DNA of 48,642 nucleotides, counting the filler, from Sphacelaria rigidula (taxonomy: Eukaryota), in the NCBI GenBank assembly GCA_964200075.2. It is 3 parts of 3 records of this genome, joined end to end, with 100 filler letters (N's around TTAATTAATTAA, not from the genome) between each part and the next. Parts side by side here need not be neighbours in the genome. Positions count along the whole stretch, not along the records: positions 1 to 16,148 come from CAXNAA020001462.1; positions 16,249 to 32,395 come from CAXNAA020001463.1; 1 more part is not named here. The stretch is one strand, 5' to 3'. Positions 12,514 to 25,600 of this stretch are shown here, piece by piece (the stretch's first letter is position 1; each line of letters begins with the position of its first letter). Below the pieces are notes generated by a model, which did no database searches, was not told where the DNA came from, and saw only the letters and a list, made by a program, of their open reading frames with translations. A program made the translations under genes and the position numbers.

Positions 12514-14033
12514 CAAAAGAGGAAATCACGATAATGACTTGGAACAGTCACTTTTTGTGGTACCTGGAGCGTCCTGAACCGACTGGGGTGGTGGGACACG
12601 CCAACACCCATATACGTCTAGATATTATTACTATCATGTTTCCATCGTAAATGACATGATATTGTGCAGCGAGAGTCGAGCAACCAACCCCGCGGGGAGT
12701 TTTCGATGGATGTTGGCCGTGAAAATGTACACAACGTTATTTTCAGTTGTGTCCTCGACGGGGGGGTTCGGGGGCGATTAAACGGGTTCGGTTGGCAAAA
12801 ATGCTCTGTTCGCTTAATCCGAAGCAACGCGGGCACTGTCCGATGTTTTTGTGAATGCAACTTATGTCCTGTTGGAGGAGCGCGCGCGCGTCTTTCGCTT
12901 CCCCGAGTTTTGGTGACTGCTTATTTTTTCAATAGAAGAACGAATGGTGTATATCGTTGCTCGTACCGCGTACGATTAGGTACACGACGTGACGCGGTGA
13001 AATTGTTGTTCGATGGGTGTGGGCTCGGAACAAAACGGGCTGCACTGTGCGAGATAGCGGCACATAGCGGAACACGCACACACACATATAAAGTTTGTAT
13101 TTTGAGGTGCTCGGGAACCGAGTGTCTCTCTGAAGTGGTTATACGCGGATAACTCGCCGCGAAATGTAGACACGTGATGGTTCAGTTTCATGTGCTACAT
13201 GGCACCTTGCTTAGCTTACGTGGCTGGGTGACGGTACGGGTTTGGTCTGTGTAAGCCCGGCGTGCTTGGTGCGAGGGAACGAGGCCATGCTCGATGTTTT
13301 GACGGAGGTATTTTTGCTGCTTTCAAGAGGCGTTTCTTCGAAATTTGCGGTGATTCTGGTTGTTACTCTTCGAAAGAGGGATCGGGTAGAATCTTGTTTT
13401 TGCCTCCAGGTGAATGAAGTGACGACTCAGGCTTGTTTAGTGTAAGGTGAGATTGAGGCGGAAAGGCATTGCTTATTGGGCGTGCGCATCAGAAATTTGA
13501 GCTTTTTTCTCTTCAAGTTTTCGTCGATGTTTTGTTTGTCTCTGTTGTTTTTTGTTGACGAGGTTTTCGGCTTGTAGTGTGGCGCGGGGGGCGGGGGTGT
13601 AGTGGTTGGTGAATGCAGAAGTGGTGAGTGGGTTTTCTTCGCCGCGCGAGGCGTTTTTGGACATGAATAAAATATCCGCGACTGCGGTACGTGCGAATCT
13701 CCACGTAGATAGCAACGGATGTGCTCGAGACGAGTTTTGGGGTTATCAGTCAGTACCGAGGGAGATATGAAATGTCAATCCCTTGAGACGACGGACTCGT
13801 CCAGAGGTGGGGGGGGGGGGGGGGTCAGGGTGGTGACGGTTTGTCCCCACAGGAGTAGTGGATTTCGTTCGTTGCACGAGGTGTTCCAAGACGGCGAGAA
13901 ATCTAGAATAAAAGTAGTAGACCGAGCCAGTAGTCGGAGCCCCAGTCCCGCTCGTGAGCCGGAAAGATGAAATAGTCACGCGACCAGTCTCGCGCTTCGG
14001 GATTGGCCATTGCGGACTCTCGCTCGTCTGCTG

Positions 14034-14346
14034 CGTCCAGCAATCGCCGTGTCTTGTTCGTCAGGAAAACGGGGGTTGGAGGGGACGGACCCGGGACCCT
14101 TGACGCAGGTATATGGAACCCAGGTGTCTGAATCTCTTTCTGGTGTTCGCGATCTGGGGCGATTTCGTCTGTGAATGGGTATACAAGACGCGTCCAGCAA
14201 TCGCCGTGTCTAGTTCGTTGGGAAAACGGGAGTTGGAGGAGACGGACCCGGGACCCTTGACACGGTATATGGAACCCAGGTGTCTGAATCTTTTTCTGGT
14301 GTTTGCGATCCGGGGCGATTTCGCCTGTGAATGGGTATACAAGACG
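14034..14346. repeat. Two-copy tandem duplication, ~157-bp unit
   Basis: CGTCCAGCAATCGCCGTGTC...GAATGGGTATACAAGACG occurs at 14034-14190 and 14191-14346 with roughly 90% identity. Confidence 0.9.
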
Positions 14347-15012
14347 AAAAAATATGACAATTCAGACGATGTACCATATTGGAAGCAGCTGCTCTTGATC
14401 GTCCACGTCAGCAAACGCCTTGTCTCGGTGATGGGAATCGGCGATGCTTCGACGAAATAAATAATACATACCTGCGGTCAAGCGGAGGGAGGCCCATGTC
14501 ACAGTTGACTGGTGAACATATCCATGCATGTGAAAGCTCCCGTAATTGTCGAATCATGTTGATACATTTCCTCTGTTTCATAAGTTGGGGTCTTGGCTCT
14601 CATAAGGAGCGTTCACCCCAACAGCATGTGCGTATCACACTCAAGTTGGTATTGTTGGATAGACAGAACATACGGAAAGCCGATGAACGAAAAGGAGTTG
14701 ACGATCTTTGATTCTTTTTCTTCGAAATTCGGGTCGCTGGTGACCCCATTTTGGCCGCTTGGGATCTGGGCTCTGCCAAATTCGACCTATTTTTACCATC
14801 CTCCTCACGCGTGTGTTGAGACGTGGGTGGGGAAAAGGGCAGGACCGGCGTACCCCTGTCGGGTAATACAGCCCGACCCAGGTACAACGATAGAATCATA
14901 TCGTTTTGTTGCAGTGGTGAGTGATCTTCGCTTCTTGACGTTGGTTTTATTTGTGCTTGCCTTCGCGTATCCACGGGGAGCCTCGGGCGGTATCTCTCAG
15001 TAAGTCCGACTC

Positions 15013-15357
15013 GTGTTTTCGTCCCATCTATTCCGGACGCCAGTCTACGGTATGTGTGGGCGCACCACCAGCCAGGGTCACACAGGAAGAAGGCCAACAC
15101 CGGGTGTTTGTTTTTGTTCTACATAGGAGTTCTCCTCCTTCCTTCTGCGGTGCTTGCCTTTACCTTTTACCGCGAGAGAGGTTCAGCAGTCCCTTTTCCT
15201 CGTCGACCGTTGAGTTAAATTTTGTGTACCCACGACACAGTCACCCTCCCCTGTTCGGTAGTGTGTGAGATAAATCCAAGATCGTCCGGAGATTCGAACG
15301 CGCGACGCAACCGTCGGAAGGGTTCGTGGTTACCAATTGAGCCATCGGGACAACCGG
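15013..15357 (-). mobile_element. tRNA-derived SINE, family A copy 1
   Basis: Minus-strand head has A-box TGGCTCAATTGG and B-box GTTCGAATC; body aligns by eye with 25611-25950 and with 32496-32611. Confidence 0.75.
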
Positions 15358-16148
15358 AATATCAATCACTATTTGGTATTATTGTTTCGCGTTTCTGTAC
15401 ATTTTCTGGGTCCTATTTTATCTTGATGTGAGGAGAGCTCTAGCCTGTGACCACGGAAAAGGCGTCCGCATCAGATGCTCCGTACACGAAAGTATAAAGT
15501 GCAGGGCAGGTATCGAAACGGTTTTATAAGGTGAAGACAACAACATAATAACGCTACAATGTGGTTTCGGACAGGGCGTAGCAAGCCTCTAGAATAGAAG
15601 TGAGCGAAAACGAAGAGTATTTGGCTTTTTTTGCCATTTTTTTCTTGTGATCATTATTTTTGCCCCCGGGAGAGGGAGGACGAAACCTGGCCATTTTCGG
15701 GCCGATTGTAATTTCGGCCGTTTGGCCGCGTGGGGTAAGCAACATCTGCTGGAAGAAAATGTTGGTTTCAACGAAGCAAATATCAGAGAAAGCATTTGCC
15801 AAACTAAGAAAGCACTCGGACACCATCAAAAGCCCATACAAACTTAACTACCCTAACTTATGGGACGGGAAGTATTGCTGTTTCGCTCTGTTAACGATTG
15901 CAAGTAAAGAACGGGAAGCGGGGAAGAACTATGAACGAAGTCGCAGAAAAATGCACTTAAAATGGGTGTCGAGAACTCACGAGACGTGAGGTGGTAATCC
16001 AGGTGAGCCTCCGCGCACGCATACGTACAAGTGAGTGATTCCACGGTTGGGGATGCGCATTTTGTGGATCTAACAACAAATTGTGCGAATTGAGGTTCAA
16101 CTCCGAGATGAGCTCCAAGCCTAAAATAGTGCTTTCCCCACACTTTCA

Positions 16149-16248
16149 NNNNNNNNNNNNNNNNNNNNNNNNNNNNNNNNNNNNNNNNNNNNTTAATTAA
16201 TTAANNNNNNNNNNNNNNNNNNNNNNNNNNNNNNNNNNNNNNNNNNNN
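16149..16248. other. Artificial contig linker (N44-TTAATTAATTAA-N44)
   Basis: Exactly 100 nt with a central six-frame-stop palindrome at 16193-16204; the same structure recurs at 32396-32495. Confidence 0.95.
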
Positions 16249-17818
16249 GTAGGGATACGAGGTCAATGGTCTTATGACTATGGCATGCATGATCATGAGT
16301 ACACCCCTCCTGATCAATTATATCCGGATCACGAGGACTGTTCCATAACTAGTTGCACTGTATCATCCGAACCGGGTACACAGATGTGTCCACACTTGAG
16401 CTGTATGACCTGCGTCCTATAAAAAGTGATCCGTCCGACGTGTGCAGTTATCGGCTATATTTTGTACCAATTTTAGTATGTAGGGGCAGTTCCACGTCAT
16501 CACAGACGACGTTTTTGAGATTCTCGACTTCAATACATTGGAGAACTCATCAAGAGTCCCAAGTCCGGCAGCTTACGATAGTAGTGGTGTATGAAGTACG
16601 TTGATGTAGTCGGATTTGAGCGGGGGTTGCATGGTAGCGCAGGGGACAAGAAAATAGCCGTCCCGCGGGTGCTTTCCACCGTGAATTTAGGGGGTCGTAC
16701 CCCCGTTTTGGCCTGTACCGTGCATATGGGAATCGATTCGGATGACATGAAAGTATTTTCGGGATTCTTCAACAGCGGAAATAATCAACAATGTAAGATG
16801 TTACATTTTCCGGAGATGTAATGTACGCATCCCCCCCTCCCCCAAAATCAATCTTCACCCGGGCGGTCTACCGTTTCGGCCTGTTACACACGAATAGCGC
16901 TAGTGAAGTACCTAAAATACACGAACGTATCGATAGAACGTGTCAACAATAAAGTCGTTCTCTCCGCCCCCGTATTTATCCTCACCCGGGGTTGAAATCG
17001 CTCTATCCCCTCTCCAGACACGATAGGAGTTATCGCTCGTTTACGCTACTTACGTGGGCATTTTCACACAAGTAGCGATGCCCCCAAACACGCGGAGGCA
17101 TCGTTAATGTACGTAGTATATCCACCACGTAATGTTCCCTTACAGCCCCCTCCTCCCTCCGTTCCCTTTTCCGGAGATGAGATAAACGCACCCCCTTCCT
17201 GAACAATCTCAGCGAGAAGAGGGTGTTATCCGACGTGTGAGCCATTTACGGCCGGACAGACATGAACCTGAATACTCGTCCGTGACCGGTAACAATGAAA
17301 AGCGTACTATGTAACCTCCGTAGTAATACATGTTGCTCTCAACAACACTACAGACAAGACGACGGGGAAGTTTTTTGTAGGTAAAACAAGCCAAACATCG
17401 CTTTCTTTTTCACCTCCGGCGGCGCTCCCGTGGAGCACCGTCACCAGCCAGGAAAAGCGTGGTCGCCATCGATGTTTTCGCAGTTACTGGAAAAACGTCG
17501 GCTAACTGGCCGCTGGCGTGGCCAGTTTTTACTTAACTCACCAGAGCCGCCAGCTCGCAGCCCTAAATTTTTCTCGGTCTGTTTGATTTTGATGATCGAG
17601 ATCAAGAACTAACTGCACGCACCCTAGAGGGACCAGCACGATGGTCAATGCTAGGGATGTTGTCATACTGCTACTAAGTACCTACAAGCCGCTCGGCAAT
17701 GCATGGTTATACAGCATTATCGGGTTCAATGGTAGACCTACATCCAACAGGTGGCGTTTTGAGTACTCGACATGTACCCCAACCGTGTCCCTCCCCTCTG
17801 TGTGCCTATAATGAACAG

Positions 17819-20800
17819 GATGCCTGCGAAGGAGGATCGGACGTGCAGAGCATTCAAGACTACTGCGCACACGGCTACACGGGACCATGTGAGACTCATG
17901 GGTTTGTGATGCTGTAGCAGGTGGATACTGACTTTTTTTCGTTCCTTGTGCTGAGCGCCGTTGTAGCGTGCGTACTACCTCGACGTGTCACATACATCCC
18001 ACAATCCAGGGAGCGTTAGCACTCCTGTGTAAAGCTGTCCAACTTCTGCCCTCTGATTGAGCTATCTCGGTTCTGCTGGGGAAGACTTGGTAGCTTCTAG
18101 AAAACCTTTACCTGTTTAGACCACCTACATTGGTGTCTAACATGCTTCACACGATATACTTTTTGTTATGCCACCCCTCTCCACAATTTCTTGCAGTCTG
18201 CGCAGTGTGCCAGGCGGGTTATGGCCGAGGGGTGTCGAACGCATGCCACAGATGCAGTTCCAGCTTCAAGGCGGCCATGATATTTGTGATCACGGTGGCA
18301 GCGCTTGTCGTCCTCGTGGTGGCGATTTTGCTTGGCTCCTATCTGGTGAGTAGATTGATTTCTCCAGCGAGGCGTGCGTTCTGCTGTACCGGAAGTCAGG
18401 CTACGAGGAGACTGAATGTCACACGCACGAAGGTTCCAACTTCTGTCGATGTCATACGTGGTTTATTGTACTGTGTGCTACTCGAGCTAAGCAGGAGCTG
18501 TGATGATTTACACAGTCAAAATCGCTGCGTTCTTTGGCACATGGATTGTTTCAGGGTGTCGATGGGTTTACTGCCTGTATCTTGGGTTATTTTCGAAGCC
18601 TTGGCCCGGTTTTTCTCTGTATCCGGATAGAGGTTGAGCACGCACTTAATGATATTGCTGAGGAGCCTCTCACCCCAGCCCACCTCTCCTTGAATGAAGA
18701 TACAATTAGGCTGTTTGCAGCTGCGTGTAGCAACGCAGTCTCGTCTGATCTACCCTAGCTTCACCGTACCCGAGCTCCGACGGGAGGAACAATATATTGG
18801 CAGATAAACGTAGATCATCGCCGGTTATTCTGAATGTCGTATCATTTCGCACCCTACCCCAACGGATGGACGAGACTCCTTACGACATTCATCAGCACCA
18901 ACTGCACTGCATTGCACTGCTCTGCTCTGTACCAAAGTGTAGGCCCATCCTCGGTTATCCTGAAAATGGCTACGTGCCACACGTCTTCCATTAACTAACG
19001 AGGCTCCCTACGTCACTCACCAGCATCAACTGTACTGCACTGTATTGTAGTATGCTATAGTGTAGGTTCGGCGTTAACCATAAGGAGGAATGACGAAGCT
19101 GAGCAGGTTGCCACAACACCCGGGCACCCCAACACCCAAACAACTGCCCCAGCGTGCCGGCCAAGCGCTTAATCACATANNNNNNNNNNCCCGTGCCGCG
19201 GGGGAGGGGGGGGGTTGGGAGAAGAGAAAAAAGGAAGGAAAAAAAAAAGCCGCCCCCCCCCCCCCCCCCCTCCCTTCTCGTCTCCCTGTTGACGGTTGAC
19301 GTTGGTTGACAACGACGCCGTACAACACGCCTCTCACTACGTGAGCTAGGCGACCGGGTTAGTCTTCTTCGGTAACCGTGATGATGGAGCTAGATCATCC
19401 TGTGCTGGGTGGAGAATCAGAACTCTGCGTAGAGGGGATGATCGTACGACGTGATGTTTAAAGTGAGACACCGACGAAACAGTGAGAAACCCGTGGCTGT
19501 CACTGAAAGTAGCGATACCAGAAAATGTAGCATCTCGTTGGAATCTGTAATCCGTATGCCAGATAAACAGTACGCCTCGGGTCGAACGAGCTTAGTACAT
19601 GCAGCTCAGCCTTCATCCGACTCGCCGAACACATCACGGCGATTTGCACCAGATGATTGCGAACCTGGTCCGGCGAACACCCAGCGCGCTCCGTCCCGGC
19701 TTTGCAGGGTGCGAGGTCAACGGTCTTAGGACTACGGCATGCAATATCATGAGCACCCCACCTCCGCTCCCTCCCTCCCCCCTCGCTCCCTCCGACTCCC
19801 CCACGTCCCCTTGCGGGATGTTCGTGAAAGGTTGGAGGAGTGGGGGCCGTAACATCAACGATATCCAGCACCAAGACGACAGTGGCGATCGTGCGGCAGC
19901 GTGGGTCCTCTCTCATGACCTCTTCCATTTCAAAGCCTGGCCAAGACCGGGAGAGTATATCGAGCACCGAACATTCGAGACACTCTTCAAGCCGGTAAAT
20001 GCAGCAGTACCAAACACCCATTATTGATAGCTCATCTTCGAGATGCCGGTGGTACTACGAATTAGGCGAGGAAAATATTCTGGGGCAGCGACCATGGCGT
20101 CCCGCCGGAGACTAGCATCCGCTGTGTGTACAGCCGCATGTGTTCGGCGATAAGAGGAGGCCTTTGCTCCGTAGGTTTTAGCCCAAAAGGCCCATTTTCA
20201 TTTTTGGAGCCCCAAAACGGCGGTTATTGAAAGAGCTCATGTTCTATTCTTGAGCCCATTGTCTTTCTCGAGGAATGTTCTCGCTACGCCCGTTTCCTTC
20301 CTCGGGGATATCGTTTTGTCAATTTTTGTTTTCTTTGTAACCTATTTCTGCGGGGCCAGATCCCAACCCCCTTCAGAATCATCATTAAAGACGCTCAAAA
20401 TACAAAACAGCAGTGAAAAATGTGAGTATTGGGGTAAAACACAGATGTTCAAGTAGGTTGGAGGCGAGGGAGAGGCCCGAAAATATGCCGGGGGGCAGAG
20501 ACAATAAGAAAGGCGCGGGAACCAAAAATGGAGTTCATCGTTTCATCTTTAGCGGCCCAAAAGAGGTTCCTACGGAGTAAAGGCCTAAATAGCTGAGTGT
20601 GCGCTTTCGTTGAAACAGGAGGTAAGACGCTGCTCTTCCGTTCCACGCATCGCCGCCCCGTGGGTATCAAATCGCATTCTTGGTAATACAAACATGCAGT
20701 ATGGGTGAGGCGCGCAGAGTATCAACCCCATGCCCTCAGGGTTTTGCCGATGAAGGTTCAACAGTGAATCCCAACTGAGTACGTGTGGCGTCCCGCCTCT

Positions 20801-23800
20801 CTCATGGGGCTACTTACCTTGAAATGGCAGCGTGCGACCAATATCGCTGCCGGTACCAAGAAGCGGACAGCGCGGAGCCCTGGACTTTGCGTCAGTTTCC
20901 GCTCCGGGAGGAACAAATGTGGAGGTCCGTAGCGTAGAGCTTGTTGGGCGCGACAAAGTAAATCAACATGGACAGCAAGTGGGGGTTCCAGGAGGACTCT
21001 GGGATGAAAAGGTGAACGAGGGCGAAGCTCCACCTTCCATCGGTTCAGATCTTGATATTCGTCGATGCTCCACTTTTCCTGGTTCTGAAGCGGGTAGCCG
21101 ATCAGCTCATTCCTCCACCTGGATGCGTGAGCACGCCACCGGCGAAGCAGGACCTGGGGGTGAAGAAGTTGACGATCAGAAGGAGGAGGGTGAACTACAA
21201 AACGTCGTGCGAGTTGGTGGTGCTGCACCTGAAGTCCGATCGGAGGGTGGCCCCACGAAGGTCGGAAATGGACGCGCATCCGTAGCTGTCGAAAAACAGA
21301 ATCAAGGGGGTAAAAAGAGTCGCTTGGCTTGGCTTCGGCGAACACCACCACCCAGCGACATGCTTGAGGGTAAATCAAGTAAGGGGGGAAAGAACATGAC
21401 GCAGTCGACGAGGACTACTAGCCTAGTCTCTCAGCAGAGTGAAGAGGAGAAAGTGAACGAGCTTGCGAGAAAAGTGGGAGGGCTGCGGACGAAACTGCCG
21501 TTGTCCAAACTCAAGATTGTCATCGGTGAGGGACGATTTTATTTTGTTTGTTCGCTTTGTTGTGACGGTTAAGCTGTAGCCTAACATAACTAAGCTGCTA
21601 TGATACTACTGCTTATTATACGCATGGTTTCGTTCGCGCAATGAGGTGTCGTCACACGGCTGAAATCGTAAATGATGAATGTCGCGGGTGCTTTTTACCT
21701 CTCTTCGCATGGCAGTCCTCAAATTCCTGACGTATGCAGCAAAATACATCACGTGCATCACCTAATTCCACAGTTTAGCATATGCAAGACCGTAGACGCA
21801 TGTTCAACATGTCCCTATCTTTTTTGCTGATAACAACAATAACGCCGGGCTACTATTCCGTTTTCCGACTTCTTCCCTTTTCCCCGACAACGTGCTCCCC
21901 GTGTTGGCGACGCCATCGACCTGTCCATCCGTACGCTTATACTCGTGTGGATTCCGTCGTTGCCAGTGGTGTGGCAGATTTCCAGCACGGTGAGGCATAA
22001 TTCGGAAAGCATTGAGGAAAAATACGAAGGGGGGGGGGGGGGGGAGAAGGCCTGTCGATTTTTCTTCGGATACAACTTACCCTCCTCAACCAACAAATGT
22101 CACCTGGAATATACTCTACGCAGAGATAATTTAGCGCCGAATGAAAAATTTGGAAATGGGAAATTGTCCGATGGCCACAAAATGAAAATTGTTACCCTTC
22201 TGAGCTGTTCTCCATGGTCCGACTGTCGAGTTGAATGCGACTTTATCCCCGAACATTGGCTCCTACTCTGTAAACAAAAGTGTCAATCAACCACACACGA
22301 AACTGATAAGCATTCAAGATATCTAATTTAATACTCGTCATCGAACGGTGAATATTTGGAGTCGTATACTGCTCTTGGGATTGCATCATTTGCTGCGTTA
22401 ATTGCACATCCGATATTTTCCCACTATGTTGTTAATCAGTATTGTGTGCCCCCGCTTCTTCGTGCTGTAACATGAAGCTATCGTTTGTGGTCGGAGTACA
22501 TATACGACGCGAAATCTTAGGCACCGCACTGTATATCAGAATCCCTACTACGCTCCTTAACAAGAGCACAATGTAACTGGGAGCATCTGAGCGGCTCTTG
22601 AATAATTTGATTCGTCATTGTTTATTTGCGCAAAAACAGCCAAACAGCCGAAGCCACGTAACTGCAAACGTTGCAGCTTATCCTTGTTCTCAACCATGCT
22701 CACCGCGTTCACTTTATCGCATGCATTTCCCCATGATGCCCATTCGAATCAGTTCAGCGAAATTACTCAGGTGCCGTTCCCGCCCGTATACAAGAAGTTC
22801 CTGTCGATCGTGGGCGTTTTTACGTTCGACCTGGGCTGGATCTTCTCTGCATCTTGTATCAACACACGTGTCAACTTCTACCACAAGCTTCTGTGAGTCT
22901 ACATACTTTAGTCGCTTGGCATGTAACGACAGTAGACCTCGTTGTCCGACGTGCAGCCTACAAGGCGTCTATCGTGAGTGCTTGTTACCATGGCGCGACA
23001 CCGTTTGACTGTGGGTCGCTCGGCGTCGGTGTGGGCAAGAACCTCAAAATATGCCCCCCCCCCGAAACGCAGTAGGGCATCGAATGATATATCGTTGAAG
23101 TGACGAGCTGAACCACCCATCTCCTCTCGGACTGCGTCAAAGTCCTACGCCAGTGTTGAATTTCAACTGTCAAGCAGAGCGTACATTGGCTTGCGCGTAC
23201 CAAGCCTGAGATGATCCACCATGACAAGCCGCTGATGGAGAGATTTACCCATCTATTTTATCTCTAAACCCATGGTCGACTGTGTTCCCGCTCCAGGATA
23301 GTTACCATCGGCCCCGTGCTGCTGCTGTCCCTTCTCGGAGCTACTTTCTATTTTGGCTCCCTTCGAGCTCGGGCGCCAACTAGCGATGGTGTCTCCAGCT
23401 TCTTCAAGCCACAACCAACCTCTCGTAATGCCAAAAACAGTACTAACACGCTATCCTCGGAGGCAACGCAGCAGTCCTTCGCACCGTGGTCTCGACGTAA
23501 AAGGTACGCCATCGGAGATGTACGTGGAGTGAGATTCGTGACTTAGAGAAAGTTTCGGATTTATTCTCATCTTACCCGAACGGTCTGCGTCGCCGAGAAG
23601 TAGCTTCTACTATTCTTGCTTGTGATAGCGGATCGAGGAGCAAATGTTGAGCGTCGTTTCTCATTGTCGGCAGCGTTTATGTGGGAGTGCACGGGTGGTT
23701 GGTTTTCGCGCTGCTTGTGTGTATGCTTCTCCTATTTCGTGGTCGCAGGTAGTGGAGCACCCACGTGCCTACCGTGCACTCTCTCGGTATTGGTAACATG

Positions 23801-25528
23801 GTGTTCAAGAGGTGCTTCATCTTCGATTTGTTTATATTCTTATGGAAATGGTGTTGTTTTGGGGCGATCGCTCCCCAAAAGCGAAATCGAAGCGTTCCGC
23901 TGTCAAGGCCGAGACACACGCCAGGGAACAACGAAGGCACTAGGCAGAGAAGCGCATTGCGCTGGACGTGGGTGTTACGGTTTCATGAGCAAAGCCACCA
24001 GAATACATACCATTGTCCGATAAAGTGAATCTACTGTCGCGGTAGCTGATCTGGTGGGTTTAGCAGTCGGCGCTATATCATTCTATTTTTACCGTTGCGA
24101 CTACCCCAGAAATGTGCAACATTGCAACGATAAATGAAGTGGATACAAACAAATATGCCGCGGAGCGTCGACGCCTGGCTTCCGAAGCATTGCAAGTGAA
24201 CGTCCGAGTATAGTCCTCATCCTATTAGCAGTGCTTTTACGTCTTGAATTGTTCACCAATGCAGTTTTTTATGCCAGCAAGCATGTATATACACTTTTAC
24301 TTCCATCTCTACCCATGAGCTACTTGGCTCATGGGATGGAACATATACGCATACACTGTAGCGGATCTCCGCCGGATTGTTGATGAGCAGAACATGTTGT
24401 CACCCTTTCTTCACCCTCGCTGGGCTCATGCCATCATTTGGAATAATAACCATAGGGCAGCGCAAGTGAGCGCCGTCCAAGGCACAGATGATTCTGCCCC
24501 ATCCGGAGGCCGTGACTTTGCGCCCGCTTTGGATCGCGGGGCGAGAGCGGAAAACAGTGGGCACGGAGAGGCTGCTCCTGCCGACAATTTCCAGTCCACA
24601 TCTTCCCGCGACGTTCGGGCGCCCGGTTCCGGCGGTCATACGATCCATTTAGCGGAGGTGATTGAAGAGCGGAACCGAGTGCGGGTTCACTCGCTGCAAG
24701 CTTTCGCTCATCATATGTAGAGATGACCAGGCCTCTCCTGTGTAGGTGACGGCGAGCCGATTTGAACATGCCGAGCAGTTTGCTCGGAAACATGGTTGGG
24801 CATGTAAGGCGTGCGTTGAAGCAAGATACTGATATTAGAAAAATGTTATCCCTCGAAGCATGTCGTTTAGGTCACCTTGAAGCCGTACCGAACAGCTGTA
24901 TCCTGAATACACGAGGCTTACGACTGCGTAGACGATGTATGCTCTCATTCCCGGCATGTCGCGGTATCGGCAGTGCCATGGTTTTTCTTCGTTTACCCTT
25001 TTTCCTGTCCCCGCTCTTTGTTTCTGTCTTCTGGTCGCCACCATTTTTCTGCCCTTTCCCGTAAATCGACGACATGCCTGAAACTCGTCGATGTGGTCGC
25101 GAACGAACCAATCTGACAGGATCATGTGTGGGGGCTATTTTCCCGGCACACGACGATAACCTTGGTGATCCTGTACTTGATCTACTCATCGGCGGCTACG
25201 ATGGTGAGCTAGCTCAAGATTCATGGAACAAATATTCGGTGTCCACCTTCTATTTTGTTTGCGAACAGTGGTGTACTGAGTCCAGCATCGAAACATGTGA
25301 CACACTCTACGCGTTATAGGTCGCTCCCATGTTCTCCTTGAGAGCGCCGAATTCACCGAAGAAAAATATACTTGGAGGTACTGACGTCGTTCCTTTCCGG
25401 TTGCAACCGTAGCAATCCAAACGATAGGTTTTGCAGAGAACGCGTCTTTCTCTGTCCAGAATATTGGCTCCATTCTGTCCATTTTCTTTTACGTGCATAC
25501 ATGGAAACTACTACAGACAAGCAGGGCT

Positions 25529-25600
<72 letters not shown>

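Noticed and set aside
14113..14460. CEWVYKTKK resembling the Copia RT motif CKWVFK
   Set aside because: No following KARLVA motif or other RT features; it lies in a local tandem duplication.
16193..16204. TTAATTAATTAA palindrome (also at 32440-32451) as a biological motif or piggyBac TSD
   Set aside because: Centred in identical 100-nt N-runs; it is a scaffolding linker with stops in all frames.
16353..16604. Possible upstream exon of the membrane-protein gene (…HWRTHQES…)
   Set aside because: No convincing phase-0 donor/acceptor pair or Cys pattern; left unassigned.
19599..20027. 142-aa ORF as an independent intronic gene
   Set aside because: It is an alternative frame over the true exon 19831-19994 (VGGVGAVTST...), which fits the flanking splice phases.
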